Positions 49,568 to 62,029 of a stretch of 64,000 bases of DNA are shown here, piece by piece. The stretch spans positions 23,066,001-23,130,000 of the forward strand of contig NC_058383.1 in assembly GCF_018350175.1 (NCBI RefSeq). Direction: 5' to 3'. A program made the position numbers and the translations under genes. The notes beneath the pieces are model-generated. The model had not been told where the DNA came from. It was given only the letters and a program-made list of their open reading frames with translations, and did no database searches. How positions within the stretch are numbered: position 1 is the first letter of the stretch; every line of letters starts with the position of its first letter. The stretch is from Felis catus (lineage: Eukaryota).

Positions 49568-50088
49568 CCATCGTTCATCAACATCTGTGTTACCATGAGG
49601 TCAGTGCAGAGGTTAACAGCTGTAAGCAGATTTCAACCCCTCACCCCCTGCAGCAGGTCCGAAAGACACATGGCTCTTTGGCAAAGACTGTGTTTCCTTG
49701 CCTCTCTTGCAGCTAGCTGACCATGGCCATGGATCTAAGTTCTAGCCAGTGGGATGTGGGGATAAGCATTGGGTGTACCTTCTGAGTTATGCTCTTACAG
49801 AAAAAGGGGCACACCTTCCCACTTTCTCTTCCATTTTCTACTGTCTGTGATGTGGTTGTGATGATTGGAGCAGTCATCTTGGGCCACAAGATGGAAGCCA
49901 TGCAATGAGGGAGGCACAGCAGCAAGATAGAAGGGTCCTAGTATCTGGATGATTATGCAGACACCATGCCATGCACTGACTGCCTATCTAGATTTTTTAT
50001 GACAGAAAAATTAATTTCTAACTTTTAAAGCCACTATTATTTTGGGTCCCTCTCTTATAACAGCTGAACTGATATCCTAATTAATTCA
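49568..50088 (+). mobile_element. MLT1 (MaLR) LTR
   Basis: gatgattggagcagtcatcttgggccacaagatggaagcca...ttttaaagccactattattttggg...cagctgaactgatatcctaattaattca. Confidence 0.75.
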
Positions 50089-50709
50089 GTCATTTTATTC
50101 TTCAGGTATGCAGTGAGAGAGGATCATTAGAAGATTTCAGGTTTTTGACAAATGTCTAAGGGGGTGCAGTGTGGGCAAAGGAGCTGTGAGTGGAGGGTTA
50201 AGGAATGGTGGCCAAAGTCTGGTCAAGGAGATGGATAGCTCCGGCCCCAGTGCCAAGGTCTTCTCAACTGGGGAACAGAGAGAAAGTGATCAGGAAATAG
50301 GAGAGAAAACCATGGGGTATTTGTTGCATCCCAAGCACTGTGCTAGCCCTTTACATATTACCCAGTCCACTGACCAGTACGTCCCAAGAGAGCAAGAACT
50401 TTACAGTGACTTGCCACTATATCCCTGGTGCCTAGAACAGTGCCTGGCTCATAGTAGGCCCTCAATAAATACATGAGGAATGAATGGATAAATTATTCTA
50501 CAGTAATTCAATGAGACTAATAGTAATAGCCTGAGTTTAGCCAATGAGGAAAGTAAGACTCAGAGACATTAAGTAACTTGGCCAAGTTGCACAGGTGGTA
50601 AGTAGCTGAACTAAGGTCCAAAATCAGGTGGGTGTGTTGCAAAGCTTTGGCTCTTTTCTCTGCTTTGGATATCATCTCTTTTGGGAGTACAGAATTTTAT
50701 GCTTATATG

Positions 50710-51115
50710 GCCAGAGAAGCAGTATTTCCATATGGGTCTGTGTTATTCAAACAAGTAGTATTAGATTCTTCCTTGAAGTAGCATAGGGTCCCTTCAAGAT
50801 ATCTGTGTCTATAAGCCGCAGGGAGGCTAAAACATTGTGTGAGTCCAGGGTACAGGTGGGTACACTGGGGGTAGAGAAAAAGAAAACTCTGGAAGGAGCA
50901 CAGGTGAGCATGAACATTATTTCTGTGCTGAGGTCCAAGACAGTTGTCATGTGTGGAAAGCCCCATCAGAAACATTGTGACCACGAATTTTTTGCACCCG
51001 TGCAATAACCAGAAGAGCTGTTGATGATGAAGATTAACCAAAACGGCATCGTCAAGTACAGAAAAGCTATGATTCACCAGATCTTTGGGACAACAGACCA
51101 AGTTGCAAATAGATG
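50710..51115 (-). mobile_element. Possible decayed Ty3/Gypsy integrase fragment (MamGyp-int-like)
   Basis: Minus-strand translations give YLQL-V..PKDLV...SVLDDAVL followed by TCAPSR...LRLIDTDILKGPYATSRKNLILLV*IT. These resemble the pre-zinc-finger and first-catalytic-Asp segments of Gypsy integrases. Frameshifted and contains stops. Confidence 0.45.
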
Positions 51116-51161
51116 TGTTTTATCTTGGAAAAGGGGAGATTTACAGAATTTGATAGCATTT

Positions 51162-51191
51162 CTAACATTTATTTTTTTTCATTTCAACATT

Positions 51192-51226
<35 letters not shown>

Positions 51227-51404
51227 TTTGAGAGACAGATCGTGAGTAGAGGATAGGCAGAGAGAGAGGGAGACACAGAATCCAAAGCAGCCTTCAGGCT
51301 CTGGGCTCTCAGCACAGAGCCTGATGTGGGGCTCAAACCCATCAACATTGAGATCATGACCTGAGCCGAAGTCAAACGCTTAGCTGACAGCCACCCATGT
51401 GTCC
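51162..51404 (-). mobile_element. CAN-SINE with (TTTA)n tail
   Basis: TSD tgatagcattt at 51151 and 51405. Confidence 0.94.
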
Positions 51405-53373
51405 TGATAGCATTTTTTTTTTAATGAGGAGTGTTCATTTGAAAATCCTATTTCTAGCTTCTCTTATAATCTATGGCTTGAGCAGCATCTGTCTTCTTTA
51501 AATGGGGTCTAGGGCTTCATTCATAGGGGGCCACCCAGCCAGCTGCCCTTGTTTATATCCCCAGTCTGGCTGGTTCCTTCTGCATTTATAACTCTCTGTT
51601 TTACAGATAACAGAGCAGCAGGACTTCCAGAGGACAGAAGTGAGTGTCTTCCTGTGTCTTCCCCGGGTCCTCACAGCCTAGGATAGATCACAGGTACTGA
51701 CTTGTGGATGGCCAGCCTGGAGCCTCAGGTCAACAGGGTCCTTACACCCTTAGGGGGAGCAGAGCAGTGCTTGCAGTGCCATGACCCAAGCCAGGGGCCA
51801 CACAAGGCCACAGGAGGTGGCACTTTCCTGAGGAGTAGAGTGACCCCACCAGCTTTGCAGAATGTTCCATCATCTTGCTAGGCATGAAGAGGCTGGCCAC
51901 TGGTACGTGTGGCTCTGAGGCGGGGGAATGGATGAAGGTGCACGTGGGGTCGGCGTGTGGAGGCCCTTTCCCTGGGTGGTCTCGGGTGATGGTGTGCGTG
52001 CTGAGGGAGAGGGCCTTTTTATCTGCTGGCATCAGAGCAAGTACGTACATCATGTCTGTGTGACTGTGACAGATGAGGAGCCTATGTCTTGAACAGAGGG
52101 CATGAAATGTGTGTACAGCATCTGAATAAATGTGCTTAATTGTTATCACACAGCTCTTTTATCAGCATATTATTTGTTTAATTGATAGCAGTTCTCCCTC
52201 CTCCAGGATAATTCATTCGGGTTTAACATTGAGAACAGAACTCAACCATCCATCCTCACTTCACAGGGTGTTTGAGACTGATCTCCTGGTCCTGGTTTGC
52301 CTGTCTGGTTAGTTGGTTAGCTAGCTAGCTGAGCGGTCATACTTTTAAGTGTCCCGAGTGGGTTTCCTGTCTTTTCTGAGCCCCATCTTTGGCTTGGTGT
52401 GTGACGTCACCAAATCCCTGTTCTCTGTGTCAGCTCATTGGTGCAGAATGCTTTCTTCCCTTCTTTCTTTTTTTCAATTTTAATGAGTTTAAGTTACTTC
52501 AGAATGTGTGAGATTATTGTCTCCCTTGTGTTGGATATCTGAGGGGATGCAAGTAAACCGAACATTTATCAGTCCTCTCTTCTCTTAATTGAACAGGGGC
52601 TGACTGCTGCGAGGCTTGGTATTCTGCCCAAAGATGTCCCTGAACATCCACAGCTGGGCTTCTGTCAGCTCTGTAAACAACAAGGACAGGCCAGGGTGAA
52701 GGTGCTTCGGCATTTAGAGCTGGAGCCTCGGCGTGTGAACAAAGCCTGTTTGAGGCACCCCGTTTGAAGCCCTACTGAATCCATGATGGCCGAGTCCTAC
52801 CTTAATTGGCAACCATCTGCCTCATACAGCAATTCACAGGGAGCTCATGCCAGCATTTAGGCAGCTTCCTATTTTGCAAATGATTTGTGATTCATAATGA
52901 ACAAAAGATTGCTCTTCAGATGACCTGTCAGGGTAAGCCTGATTCGGGGATGGGGTCCATAGGAACCTGTCCTCCATGTTCTGAGGGGTAGTAGAGATCG
53001 GAGGGGCCACAGTAGTGCAGGGGTGGTACAGCTCAGGCTTGCTGCTAGCTTGTATAATGCCTTTGAGTGGATTTGCAAGATTTACCCCCTCTGGGTAGAC
53101 ACAACCCCATGGCCACACAGCTTGGCAATGGGAGGGCTCCTTCTTGGAGGAAAATGTGTCTCTTTCCCCTGGCACCTTCAGCCCTGAACCAGGGAATGTG
53201 CTTTGGTAAGGAAAGCGTAGACTGTATTTAAGGCCCCACTTGACCCCTGGTGCTTTAGGGGTGCTTTAGTGCAGAGCCAGGTGCTTTAGTGCAGAGCCCT
53301 GAAGCAGATGCCCCTCCTTCTCCAGTGGCAACTGGGCGAGCCTTTCCAGTGCTGGTCCTTTCCACCTTGAGAG

Positions 53374-53875
53374 TGTTAAAGACAGCATACCCAAAATGGA
53401 GTCGCTTATGCTAAGTCCCACTCCACCAAACTAAGGCTTAACGTAATTGCAGTTTTGGCTCTCCCAGAAAGGGAACCTTAAACCGTTGACTAGCCTGATC
53501 ATCAAGAGTCAGGTAATCTGCATGATAAGCCCCTTACATCCCCTAAAGGAAAGGAACCTTGCAATAACCAACCCACTTTTTTTTTACTTCCTTCTTCCTG
53601 TTCCCTCCTGCCTATAGAATTTCTTGCCTTGTGTAGCAATTCAGAGCTCCTTTTTTTTTTTTTAAAGTAGGCTCCACGTGGAGTTTGAACTCATGACCCT
53701 GAGATCAAGACCTGAGCTGAGATCAAGAGTAGGGCACTTAACTGACTGAGCCACCGGGCTCCCCTCTTCAGAGTTCCTTTCTATCTGCTTGATTGGATGT
53801 TGCCCACTTCATGAATTGTGGAATAAAGCTAATAAGATCTTTAAAATTTACTCAATTGAAGTTTTATTTTTTTCA
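53374..53875 (+). mobile_element. ERV1-class solo LTR (MER34/MER39-like)
   Basis: TG...CA termini, perfect 4-bp TSD agag (53370 and 53876), cctatagaa TATA-like box, AATAAA at 53822. Confidence 0.88.
53654..53765 (-). mobile_element. Short CAN-SINE inserted in the LTR
   Basis: TSD ttcagag(c/t)tccttt at 53640 and 53767. Confidence 0.9.
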
Positions 53876-54250
53876 AGAGAAAGAATAATCTATCCTTTTT
53901 GCCTTCTCATATCTTCTTCATGTCTCAACTATTCTGTTATGATGTAGGTATTATTTGTCCCATTTTAGAGATAAGAAAACTGAGCATAAGGGGGATTTTC
54001 CAAGGGTATAAAGCTTGCAAGTGATTGGATTGGGATGATTAAATCCCAATCTGTCCACGTTAAAGCCCATGATCCTTCAACTACATTTCCTTTAAAAATC
54101 ACTGGATGGATTTGAATTTTGTGTGATCAGGACACAGCAGTGTTGAGAGTCTTCCCCTCAATCTTGTGATAATGCCTTTAGTGTAACTCTAGCTACCAAC
54201 TCTTTGCTGGGCTCTGTGATTAATGCTGGGTTTAAGAGGTAAATGAGCAA

Positions 54251-54418
54251 GCGGCACCTGGTTGTTGATTGAATGTCCAACTTCAGCTCAGGTCATGATC
54301 TCACAGATTGTGAGTTCGAGCTCCATCTTGGGCTCACTGCTCTCAGTGCAGAGCCCACTTCAGGTCCTCTGTTCTCTCTGTGCCTCCCTTGCTTGTGCTC
54401 TCTCAAATAAATATTTAA
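54251..54418 (+). mobile_element. CAN-SINE
   Basis: Perfect 17-bp TSD aagaggtaaatgagcaa at 54234 and 54419. Confidence 0.93.
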
Positions 54419-54621
54419 AAGAGGTAAATGAGCAAAAGGAGCTTCCCGTCAGGAGAGATTGTCAAGTCCTGTTGACAAACTATATTGTGTCTATTTCTTT
54501 TCCTTCATGAGAGGTACCTAGGAGAGAAGAAGGAGCCCTGGACTGGGGACAGGGGTCTGGGAGGCTTCCCTCAGGCTGGCTGATGGTTTGCTATGTGATG
54601 TCCTGAGAAAATCACTCAGCC

Positions 54622-54737
54622 AGGTGACCAACTCATTCTGTCTAGTTTGCTGGGGACTTTCCTGGTTGTAGCACTGAAAGTCCTACATCCTGGGAAACTC
54701 CCACACATCTCCACAAACCACCACAGTTGGTCACCCT
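54622..54737. mobile_element. MER81-like hAT-Blackjack MITE
   Basis: Terminal inverted repeats ggtgaccaac / gttggtcacc. Internal gggactttcctgg...ttgtagcactgaaagtcc. Confidence 0.8.
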
Positions 54738-54869
54738 ACACTCAACCCTAAACTCCTATCAGTCTCCTTCAGGAGATTGCAAAGCACTTTGCAGAAAAGG
54801 AACATTTTTCTTTTGTTTTTTATCATACAAGTTATGCATGTTGGCTGCTGAAAATAGAGACAACAAAAA

Positions 54870-55250
54870 AGCACTATGCTAAACTGGCTAATAAACATAA
54901 GAAAAGATGCTAAATTTCACTCTTAAAGAAATGCAAATCAAAACAAGATATCACTTTCACTTCTCAGATTGGAAAAATAAAAAAAGAAAACATTGAGAAT
55001 ACACAGTTAAAGCTGGAAAGACTGTGGAGGATGCATGCCCTTCCTTTTTCAGTGGTGGGAATGCAAATTGGTGCAACCTCTTAGGTCCATTTGGCCTATC
55101 TATCAGCATCTGAAGGTGTACATCCTTTGTCCTAGCAAATCCTTTTTAAAGAATGTGCCCTACAGAAATACTTGCGTGAGTCCATGAAGATGTATACGAA
55201 AGAACATTCAATACAGACTTTTTGTTGCAAGAGAAAATTGGAACTAATGC
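54870..55250 (+). mobile_element. Ancient L1 (L1ME-like) ORF2 3' fragment
   Basis: aaagaaatgcaaatcaaaacaagatatcac...ggtgggaatgcaaattggtgcaacc. Confidence 0.7.
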
Positions 55251-55332
55251 AGGATTCTACCCACTGGGATGAACAAGAGAACAATTGCCCATGGTGGAAG
55301 TTTAGACATCCTCTTCCTGTGATTCCTGTAGA

Positions 55333-55498
55333 CAGGGGTTCTCAAATGCCAGTGTGCATCAGAATTTTATGGAGGCTTATTTAAACAGATTACTGAAGCT
55401 CATCCCTAGAGTTTTTGTTTTAGTAGTCTGGTGTGGAGTCTAAGAATTTGCATTTTAAATTTGCTGCTGGTCCTAGGACCACACTTTGAGAACCACTG
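55333..55498. mobile_element. MER5A-like MITE
   Basis: TIRs caggggttctcaaa / tttgagaaccactg. Confidence 0.85.
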
Positions 55499-57066
55499 AT
55501 ATAGAAAGAAAAGACAAAGCCTTTTTCAAGATTTTTCCAGATCTTGGAGGAGAACAACCAGAGACAGAGAGGCCTAGGCAGGAGTCCAGGAGGTAGATGG
55601 GATGTACCCTCTGATTTTCCTTCCACTGGCCTGAAGCCCCCACCTGATCACTCAGAGCATTAGCCAGGAAAAATCCTTGGCAAACAGGACACAGGAATAC
55701 CTGGGATTCCTACAGAGCGTGTCTCAGTTGTGGGCAGAGGGAATGGAGCAGTTTGGGGGTGGGCCTCACTAGCAAAGGTACATATAGGGTAGGGAGGAAG
55801 AGAGAGGGCCAGCTGGGTGACTTCTGCCAGCTGTGTTTGTTGGTGTCTCTGCTCCTCCCTGGGAAGCTGGCATTCTGGATTCAAGGACAACATCAGATGC
55901 TTGGGGAATAGAGGAGCAGGTGTTCTCTGGAACCAAAACTTGCAAATGAATTAACAGGTGCTGATTGCTGCCAGGCAGAGGTGTGTTATGTGTGGATATT
56001 GATTTGCTTTTTTTCCCCTTCCAATTCCGGGCTGGTACCAACAACCTCATGCCCTCAGTTGGAGGGCTGATCTTGAGCCCTCTCTATGTGCATACTGTGA
56101 CTTAATTTGGGACTTTTCCTTACTGTCTTCCCTGGCTAAGACAATGGTGGGGGCATGATGACAAGTAACAAGAAGCAGTGGGGAAACACCCCCTTTCTTG
56201 CCTCGTTTTTTGGAAACACCCACAATCCCCATCAACGCCGCCTTTGCTAGAATTTTTCTCAATGTCCCAGGAAAGGTCAATGGAAGAAGGGAAAAGGAAA
56301 ATAAATCATTACTATTGCACTGCTCCTCACCCACCAATCCAGGCTCTGCTCCATTGCTGGTCTCTGTTCTTTTTGTGTTCTACCTTTTGTTTCCACCAGA
56401 CTGGTCCAGGTCCTCTAAAATGCTATACCTTCTACTTCAAGTTCTATGCATCACCTGTAAAGGGCATTCTGGTGCCCAGTTACTCTTTGTGGTCTTATTC
56501 TTGAACCACTTTGATCCATTTGGCATACCTCACCTCATTTTGGACTTGATTTTTTTTTCTGGCTATTGAATTTGCTACACATTCTCCCTTTATCTCTGGT
56601 CCTCATCCTTCAGATTCATACCAACTTGGCTCTTCTCAAAAATTATTTTGGTTCTCCACTCAAGCTACACTGTCCTAGGTTACCATGGGTAATACCCTCT
56701 CTTAGTTCTCCCTGCTAGCTTTTATCTCACTCTTCCAGTTCCAGCACCATGCCTGCAGACAGAGCAGAGCCAAAAGAAAAAGCTTGGGAATTTCTTCTAG
56801 TGGAATCCCTGCCCTGAACTGGAGAAGAGAACTATGAACTTGGAAGCAAATGATGAGGCCAGAGCCATAAGACTCCAGCCTCACACCGCATCAGCTGTAC
56901 AGCTCATAGGAAGTCTTTGAGCCTTGAGCTGACAGGAACTCTGTGATAACTGGCCTTAGCAGCCTCCCTGCTGTCCTTGGTGCTGAACCGCACCAACCAG
57001 TTGCCTCTAGGAGAGGAACAGGACTGAGCAGTCCACATGAAGGACATTAAAACCAACTGCTCCCCA

Positions 57067-57245
57067 GGGGGCGCCTGGGTGGCTCAGTTGGTTTAACACC
57101 CGACTCCAACTCTGATGATTAAAGAGTTCGAGCCCCGCATGGGGTTTCGTGCTGGCAGTAGCGAGCCTGCTTGGGATTCTCTCCCTCTCTCTGCCCCTTC
57201 CCCTCTAAAATAAGTAAGTAAACTTAATAATAATAAAAAAAAAAA
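57067..57245 (+). mobile_element. CAN-SINE
   Basis: ggggcgcctgggtggctcagttgg head, gagttcgagccc B-box, A-rich tail. Confidence 0.92.
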
Positions 57246-57369
57246 GCCCCACTGTCCTGGAACCTAAGCCCCACCAGGGAGATGCACACCACTATGGTAA
57301 GGTCTAGTTAAATTGTTGTTACCTGAGAACATCTGGCTGGGCTTCAGGTCCACTTTCCAAGAAGAGAGG

Positions 57370-57610
57370 AAATAACATTGAACACCTGACCAGGCACTGT
57401 ACCTGAAACCTTGGCTACATGATTTATCTTAATCTTTAAAATAACCAGCAGGGGTAGGAATTATTATCTTAATTTTACTGATGAGGAAATAGAGGCACAG
57501 AGAAGTTGCTCACACTTTGGCCAACCTCCTACAGCTGTTCTGTGGTAGAGTCAGGGCTCAGAAACAGAAGTGCCCATTCCCAAAGCTGGACCTGCTGACA
57601 TTAGACCCAT
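57370..57610 (-). mobile_element. MIR fragment
   Basis: attattatcttaattttactgatgaggaaatagaggcacagagaagtt. Confidence 0.65.
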
Positions 57611-58784
57611 GTGCCCTAAGGCTGGTGCTGATGGCTCTTTGTCAGGCAGCTACCCAAGAGATGCTGACATTTGGGCAGGCCACCAGATTGTATGTTTTCT
57701 CCCTGGGACATATCAAATTTCAAATCTTTGAGACTCTGAAACCATTTCAAAAGCCCTCATTGTCCTCAAAAAACACACACCACACCCACACAAATGAACA
57801 AGCTTCATTTACTTTCTCATTTATGGGAAAGGAATGTGAATATAAGCAAGGCATTCAAATTAAAATGGACTGTTTTATTTTAATTGACCTTTGATTTCCA
57901 ACTCACTATCTCCTTCACGTCTCTGCTCTGGCCTCTTCCAATCCCTTGCTGTGCTCTGTGAGTCATGAGGGCCTGAGGCTCAGCAGCTGTAATTGGTTTG
58001 TAACTTCCTGGAATGTCAAAGCCAAGATGGAAATTTTACGTATCACTCCACCAATTCTGTCCCAGCTTTAATAATAAGTTGGCAGAAGGGAAGGCAGATT
58101 TACAGCGGGAGAGAAATGTAATCAAATTTGGAGGTGAAATGCAATAAGTACAAATGCTAGTTTTCATTTGGAAGCGTCTTAGATAAATGTGATTTCACCC
58201 AGCTCCCCAGCCAAATCTGTTGTTTCTTCTCCTGGAGCAGTGGAGGGCCCCGGTGTAGTAATGGGAGGGTTTGTTACTAGGATTCCCCCTACTCAGCCCC
58301 AGCAGAGTGACCCTGGAGGACTGAGGGAAAACAATGGTAAAAGAGACATGAAGAGTCTGTTAGGGAGACGGGACTTCACTGGGGCATCAGAACGACTGAA
58401 TACTGGAGGGAAAAGCAAGTTAAGTACTTGCTAGGTACTATAGTAAGTGCCTTGCATGTGGTATCTATTTGAGTTTCATGGCAACCCTATAAGGAAGCAG
58501 TGTTATTCCTCCCATTTTATAGAGAAATAAAGTGACTTTCAGGATGGGGTTCTCAGCTATAGTAGAATGAGATTCTGCTTGCTTCTGAAGCTTATGTTAT
58601 TAATTCTTCTCTTACAGGAAATTTAACAGCTAACGTTTCTTGAATACTTACGTGCCAGTCACTTCTTAGGTGCTTCGTGAGAACTTTCACAGCATCTCTG
58701 TGCAGTAAGTACTATTGTCGTTATTATCTCCATTTAACAGGCAAGTAAACTTTCTCAAGGTTGATCTTTGTAAAAGTCAGTGAG

Positions 58785-59714
58785 TGTCATGTGAAAAGGT
58801 GTTCACATTAGTAGCTGTTAGGGAAATGCAAATTAAAATCACAATGAGATACTACACTATACCTCTATCAGGATGGTTATAGCTTTTTTTCCCCATATGC
58901 TTCTTTTTTTTTTCAAGTTTTTATTTAAATTCCAGTTAGCATACAGTGTAATGTTAGTTTCAGGTGTGGAATTTAGTGATGTGTCACTTACATACAACAC
59001 CCAGTGCTCATTACAACAAGTGCCTTCCTTAATACCCATCACCTACTAGATGGTTACAACTTTTAAAAATAGTGATAACACCAAATGCTGGTGAGGATGT
59101 AGAGGACTGGATCACTCATTCATTGCTGGCAGTGATGTAAAATGATACAGCCACTCTCAAAAAGAGTATGGCAATTTCTTATGGATTTAAATATGCACTT
59201 ACCATACAACCCAGAAATTGCACTCTTGGGCATTTGTCCCAGAGCATTGGCGACCTACATTCAAACAAAAACCCATGCATGAATGTTCATAGCAGCTTTA
59301 TTCATAATGGTCAATAATTGGAAACAATCCAAATGTCCTTCAACAGGTGAATAGTTAAATAAACTGTGGAACATCCATACTATGAATTACTAGTCAGCAA
59401 TAAAAAGGAACAAGCTACTGTTTTATGCAACAACTTGAATGGGTCTCCAAGGGATTAGGCTGAGTGGGGGAAAAAGCCAATCCCAAGAGAATCACATACT
59501 ATACAATTTCATTTATATAATATTCTTGAAATGACAGAATTATAGAAATGGAGATTAATGGTTGCCATGGATTAGAGAGCAGGGAAGGGAGGCAGGTGGC
59601 TGTAGCTATCAAAGGGCAGCACACAGGATTCTTGTGGTAATGGATCTTGACAGTGGTAGTATTCACACGGATCTATATATGGCATAAAATTGCATAGAAC
59701 TAAACACACACACA

Positions 59715-59749
<35 letters not shown>

Positions 59750-59935
59750 GTGAATGTAAAACTGGTGGAATATGAATAAGGGCAGTAGATTGTATCAATG
59801 TCAACTTCCTGGCTGTGATATTGCATCATATTTATACAAGGTGTTACCATTGGAGAAAATCAGGTAAAAGATCTATGACCTCTATTTTTTCTTAAAAGTG
59901 AATGTGAATCTACAATATCTTAAAATAAAACCTTC
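58785..59935 (+). mobile_element. Old L1 (L1MC/MD-like) 3' region with (CA)n at ~59704-59748
   Basis: gggaaatgcaaattaaaatcacaatgagatacac...atgttcatagcagctttattcataatgg...tgtgaatctacaatatcttaaaataaaa. Confidence 0.85.
58888..59048 (-). mobile_element. 5'-truncated carnivore L1 3' end inserted in the older L1
   Basis: Poly(T) plus caacacccagtgctcattacaacaagtgccttccttaatacccatcacc. TSD gatggtta(t/c)a(g/a)ctttt at 58872 and 59049. Confidence 0.85.
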
Positions 59936-62029
59936 TTTTTTTTTTTTTAAATGGTGATGAGAGGAATGGTTGGAGAGAGCACGGAGGGGAGAGGTGAAGG
60001 TGCTTGCCCAAGTTCACACACCAGGCAATCGGACTCCAGAGCCTTGGGCTCCTATTCTCTGCTCTGTGATGTCTCCCCATTAATAGAAAACTGTTATGTT
60101 CTTTACTTCTGGGAACTTCCCTTTCCTCTCTTCATCTGACTTTAGTGATGTGATCAGTAAAGAGGCCTGGAGCCCAAGATCACAAGGCTCTCCTCACACT
60201 CAGTTTTCACAATCCACTTCCCTCCTCCCCATTCTCCCAGGCTGTGGTCCTTGGCCCTGATGGAACAAGTACCAGTGCTTCTTCACTGGACCAGCCTGGT
60301 CCTTGACCCACACTAAGCTAGAGTAAAGGACGCAAGCTCTGTGAGGTGCTGTGAAGTGTCATTCCCTGGTGGGCTGGTCTTCAGGATCTGCTGAGGGGCT
60401 CCTACCTGATTGAAAGGCTTGGGCCTGACTCCTGAGCTCTCTCCTGTCTCTCTCTCTGGGCTTCTAGTCTGCTTCCCACCTCATGTTCCTGCTACAGGTA
60501 TTGTACAGCTCTTCCATAAAGGGAATTACAACTGGTGGTCTACAGATACATTTTCTTTGGCTCCCAGGACAATTACAAGATGGAATTCTTTTGACAACAT
60601 TGAAAAATAAGGATATTTCATTTCAAAATCTAGACTTTCAGATTGTCCTGATGAGCCTGGAGGATCTTGTGTGGCAAAAAGTTGAGTAGTGCCACCCCCA
60701 GTAGAGGACGTGCAGCTTTCAGCTCTGCCCACTTTGACCCACAAGGTTGCCTGCCTGGTGTCCACAGGCACTGGGTTGGGACCCCTGCTCTGTGAGCCTG
60801 GATCTGCCTTCATTTGCCAGCCCTGCCACTCTGAGCTGGGGTTGTCGCCTTCTTCTGAGGTTGATCACAGATGCTGTGAGGAGCTTCCTTCCACACTCCG
60901 CAGGGTGACCTTGGGTGAACCACCAAAGCTCTGACACCAAGGTGCATAGTGAATCAGAGACAGTGAATAAGATGTGAACATCTTAGAAGCAAAAGTACTT
61001 AAATGCATGGCCAGTGACTTGTCTGGGACCCCATTTTTTAGTATATTGGGCTCATTTTGTTTCTGGGGAAGTTGAAAAGATGTCAAAGACCCATCTGGCA
61101 GGCAGTAAATTGAGGGAGTTTACTATTTTCAGGTATCTAGTTACTTGCTCCAAGCTTATCTCCAAGGAGATGATTTTGCCCAAGACTTATAGGCCATAGG
61201 AAACACCTTCTCCTAGGGAAAGAATAAATAGTCTTTTCCAATTTTTAGTCTCCTCCTGTGCAGCATTGTAACCAGCCACATTGTGTAGCTAGGTGGGATG
61301 CAGGGCAGGGAAGGAATGTCTCCAAGATATAGGGGGGAGAGTTTGCTGCTCTGCCTTGGGCGGGTCCCCATCTTCTCATCCTAAACTCTTCATCACTTTA
61401 GTATTTTTAATTCCTCCTTAGAAAATTTGGAGGCATGGGCTTTTTACTAACCACTGTAGTATTTGGCCCCCCTGCACCTCATGTCCTGATGGATGCCAGT
61501 ATTAAATTGATCCCTCATAGCAGTGAGACCTATGTTTCTCATAGCAAGAGTCTGTGGCTAGGCTCTGCTCCAGGTGGCTGGTCCCAAGAATCTGCATTTT
61601 GCTAAACCACACTTAAGCTGGGTAAACCTTACTCAAATGGAAGGTTGATATTTAACTGATACAAGCTCTAAATTTTAGAGGAAAGTTTAAAATATATATA
61701 AGCAATGAAAGTTGAGGGTTTTTTTGTTTGTTTTATAGATAAGGTTTGGCATGGTGGAGAGCTGCAGAATTTAAGGTTTGGTTTAAAGGCTTTAAGCATG
61801 GAAAATATTAAGGCATTCCCTAGATCTGCCATCATTAAGTCAGAATAAGAACAGTACAAAAGTATAAAACATAAAGTGTCTATGTTGAAATATCTTCCTT
61901 CTAGATGTGCTAATTGGCAAAGGTTGAATTAATTTATTGAAATGGAAATGGTTTTATCTGGGGGCTTCCACTGCTTAGCTGGTGTTCCATGATGGTGTTT
62001 GTTCTGCGTCATGAGTCATCTGGCTCTGG

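Noticed and set aside
50703..51101. 132-aa minus-strand ORF as a domesticated Gypsy-derived gene
   Set aside because: The integrase-like motifs are split between frames and include stops, and the ORF starts at TTG rather than ATG. Kept only as a relic.
61666..61680. 15-bp palindrome ctctaaa-t-tttagag
   Set aside because: Short and AT-rich, so expected by chance in 64 kb.
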